A stretch of 63,425 nt of DNA, from contig JAUSDP010000035.1 of the NCBI GenBank assembly GCA_030650605.1, forward strand, positions 1 through 63,425, in the 5' to 3' direction. The translations under genes and the position numbers were made by a program. The stretch is from a bacterium. GTDB taxonomy: Bacteria > Patescibacteriota > Minisyncoccia > Phycocordibacterales > Zambryskibacteraceae. Below the pieces are notes generated by a model. The model was not told the DNA's origin. It saw only the letters and a program-made list of their open reading frames with translations, and ran no database searches. This document shows positions 61,793 to 63,425 of the stretch, one piece after another (the first letter of the stretch is position 1; every line of letters starts with the position of its first letter).

Positions 61793-62656
61793 TTAGCGGA
61801 CACTTTCGAAACCCACTCCCACGCTCGACTTTGTGAGAAGATGATCCCTGTACTCAATCGGTGCCATCTTGTTTCTGGTCCACTGTTTTCTTTCGCAATT
61901 GTAGTATCGCATATATTCGGCGACTTTTGAACGAAGCTCCTCGATGGAGGTACATGATTTGTAGTCCAGCTCATCTTTCATGTGTCCGAAGAACGATTCG
62001 ATCGGTGCGTTGTCGATACAGTTTCCCTTGCCGGACATGGATTGCGCCATCTCCAGTGCTTCCACTGCCGCGATGTACTGTGGGTTCGTGTAGTGGAACC
62101 CTTGGTCTGAATGAATCATCGCATCGTCGGATACATGCGGCATATTCTGTATCGTATCGAGCACTAGAGTCTCTTCAAGACCACCAGAAAGATTCCACGC
62201 AACCACCTCGCCGCTCGCGATGTCTTTCACAACCGAGAGATACGCAAAGGTACTCTGGAAAGGGATGTACGTGATATCGGTACAGAAGACAGTGAACGGA
62301 ACCGTCTGGTCAAAGGCTCGATCCAATATGTTGGGGAATACCCGGTGCTCTAGTCTTTTCTGCATGATGGCTTTGTATGGGTTTCTTTTTCTCACTTTGG
62401 TGACGAGACCGTACTTCCTCATGATCCGCTGTATTTTCTTGTGATTCATGTGTGGCAAGCGCATTTTGATGCTTCTCCAACCATAGTTCCATTTGCCGGC
62501 ATCAAAAACGTCTTTAATGAGTAGATAGTCGGGATAGTCTTTGTCCGAATCATCGGCGCGGCGTAGCCATTGGTAGTATCCTCTTCGGGAGACATTCGCT
62601 AATTCACAGAGAATATTGATGTCATCGCCTAGTTCTTTGATGATTCGGTATTTTTG
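61793..62656 (-). CDS. IS3 transposase OrfB (rve/DDE integrase), expressed as an OrfAB fusion by -1 frameshift
   Basis: The -1 frame is open from 62773. HTH_21-like RIIKELGDDINILCELANVSRRGYYQWLRR, then DDE residues in FCTDITYIPF, MIHSDQGFHYT and GNCIDNAPIESFFGHMKDE. An A-rich TCAAAAAT at about 62650-62657 is the likely slip site. Confidence 0.75.
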   Translation of the reverse strand, partial: QKYRIIKELGDDINILCELANVSRRGYYQWLRRADDSDKDYPDYLLIKDVFDAGKWNYGWRSIKMRLPHMNHKKIQRIMRKYGLVTKVRKRNPYKAIMQKRLEHRVFPNILDRAFDQTVPFTVFCTDITYIPFQSTFAYLSVVKDIASGEVVAWNLSGGLEETLVLDTIQNMPHVSDDAMIHSDQGFHYTNPQYIAAVEALEMAQSMSGKGNCIDNAPIESFFGHMKDELDYKSCTSIEELRSKVAEYMRYYNCERKQWTRNKMAPIEYRDHLLTKSSVGVGFESVR

Positions 62657-63066
62657 ATGCGACCTGAGTTTGACTCCGCTCGTTTGGCCCGGAGTTGTGC
62701 TAAAAAATCGTTTTCGGCTTGCAGATATTTGACCTGGAGTGCCAATCGCCTGATGGTGTCCTTGTTCGTATGGTTAGGTCCTCGGTCATGCGGTGTTCCG
62801 CCTGGATTCATGAGTCCCTCAAGTCCACTCCTTTCCACAACACGTCTCCAATCCCGTAGTGTGAGTCTGAAGTAGTGCTTTTTCCACTTGCGCACGTCAA
62901 AGCCCGATCGTCTCCAGATTTCCTTAGTCTCGACGCCCTGTGCGTAGAGCTCCAGGGCACGCCGCTTGAATTCGTGGGTGTAGTACACCGTGTTCGCGGT
63001 ACAGGTATAGACGCACGGATTTTTCTTTAGTTCCGCGATTTCATCACTTGAAAATGTTGTTCTCAT
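62629..63066 (-). CDS. IS3 transposase OrfA (HTH)
   Basis: 145 aa, ...YTHEFKRRALELYAQGVETKEIWRRSGFD..., and a leucine-zipper-like LALQVKYLQAENDFLAQL. Confidence 0.75.
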   Translation of the reverse strand: MRTTFSSDEIAELKKNPCVYTCTANTVYYTHEFKRRALELYAQGVETKEIWRRSGFDVRKWKKHYFRLTLRDWRRVVERSGLEGLMNPGGTPHDRGPNHTNKDTIRRLALQVKYLQAENDFLAQLRAKRAESNSGRIKNTESSKN

Positions 63067-63366
63067 ATTCTTATGTTAGTGGTTAATGCTAACAAAAGAA
63101 AACGTGTACCGGTGTCCACTTTTTGGGGTACAGATCATTGGTGTCTCTATTGTACCAAGTTAGAACCTATTTTCAAAATCGCTGATACAGCGTTCCCCGC
63201 GCGCTGAAGCGCCTCTGTGCGAAGCACAGAGCTTTCCAAAATGGAAAGTGCGGGAGAACGCAATACAAAGCGGACGAGATTTTGCGAAAACAATTTTCTG
63301 GGGAAAGGATTTCGCAAAAATCTCGGCTGATTCTTTTTGAAATTCGGCGGGGTTTCGGATTTGGAT

Positions 63367-63414
63367 TCCGCGCGCAGGAGGGGTCTGGGGAGGAATGCGC
63401 GCGGAGCTTTTTTG
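63367..63414 (+). terminator. GC-rich hairpin plus T-run
   Basis: TCCGCGCGC (63367-63375) pairs with GCGCGCGGA (63397-63405), followed by GCTTTTTT. Confidence 0.5.
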
Positions 63415-63425
63415 GACGGGGGCTA

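Larger units (their letters stand above)
61783..63132 (-). mobile_element. IS3-family insertion sequence (IS150-like ends), apparently intact
   Basis: 1350 bp. Imperfect terminal IRs: TGTACCCCAAAAAGTGGACAC at the 63132 end versus CGTACCCAATTTAGCGGACAC at 61783. Flanked by the direct GATC duplication (61779-61782 and 63133-63136). orfA/orfB overlap in the -1 frame. Clearly higher GC than the host DNA. Confidence 0.8.

Noticed and set aside
61681-61974. 97-aa minus-strand ORF
   Set aside because: It crosses the IS3 left boundary (61783) and runs out of frame across the orfB 3' end. It is a chimeric artefact.
63318-63350. tmRNA 5' end (GGCTGATTCT...TTCGGCGGGG resembles GGGGCUGAUUCUGGAUUCGACGGG)
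   Set aside because: There is no GGGG acceptor start, no matching 3' acceptor/CCA context in view, and the similarity is short. Treated as coincidence.

Overview
63.4-kb AT-rich bacterial chromosomal window using the standard genetic code (TGA is the ftsK stop at 8807-8809). The gene content suggests a Patescibacteria/CPR (Parcubacteria-like) genome, by inference only: shortened housekeeping enzymes, many secreted or anchored beta-rich surface proteins with PG-binding/PKD modules, a type IV pilus locus, little metabolism and many small toxin-antitoxin pairs. Core genes recognised: ftsK, recA, efp, rpsF-ssb-rpsR, tatD, metG, an AI-2E permease, an M16 peptidase, glyQS, rpsL-rpsG, an M50 protease, rpmB, murB, a split comEC, an SOD-like gene, a VanX-like dipeptidase, rnhA, recJ, a HIT protein, pgk-tpiA, pilB/pilC with four pilin-like genes, and purD. 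I recognised no rRNA, tRNA or CRISPR array. The most interesting points: (1) Two paralogous 188-aa wHTH + Cas2/PaaX-fold genes (23441-24007, 33844-34410) are each bracketed by direct copies of a 34-bp symmetric site. The outer arms are conserved and the 12-bp palindromic core is paralog-specific. (2) An orphan purD is translationally coupled to one of two PaaK/CapK-like adenylate-forming enzymes, with a methyltransferase-fold gene between them. purD was ancestrally adjacent to a PyrE-like phosphoribosyltransferase::beta-propeller fusion. (3) Two accessory cassettes (a DUF5678-like + retropepsin-like pair, and a Fic/Doc-like protein lacking the catalytic His) are each followed by a decayed copy of the 3' end of that fusion gene. 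(4) An 80-nt hairpin repeat that starts with a perfect DnaA box sits just upstream of two surface-protein promoters. (5) A near-consensus promoter drives a ~225-nt GC-rich structured leader. (6) There is a TA island with relics, and an intact GC-rich IS3-family element with a GATC target duplication. All product calls come from reading motifs by eye; no database search was possible.
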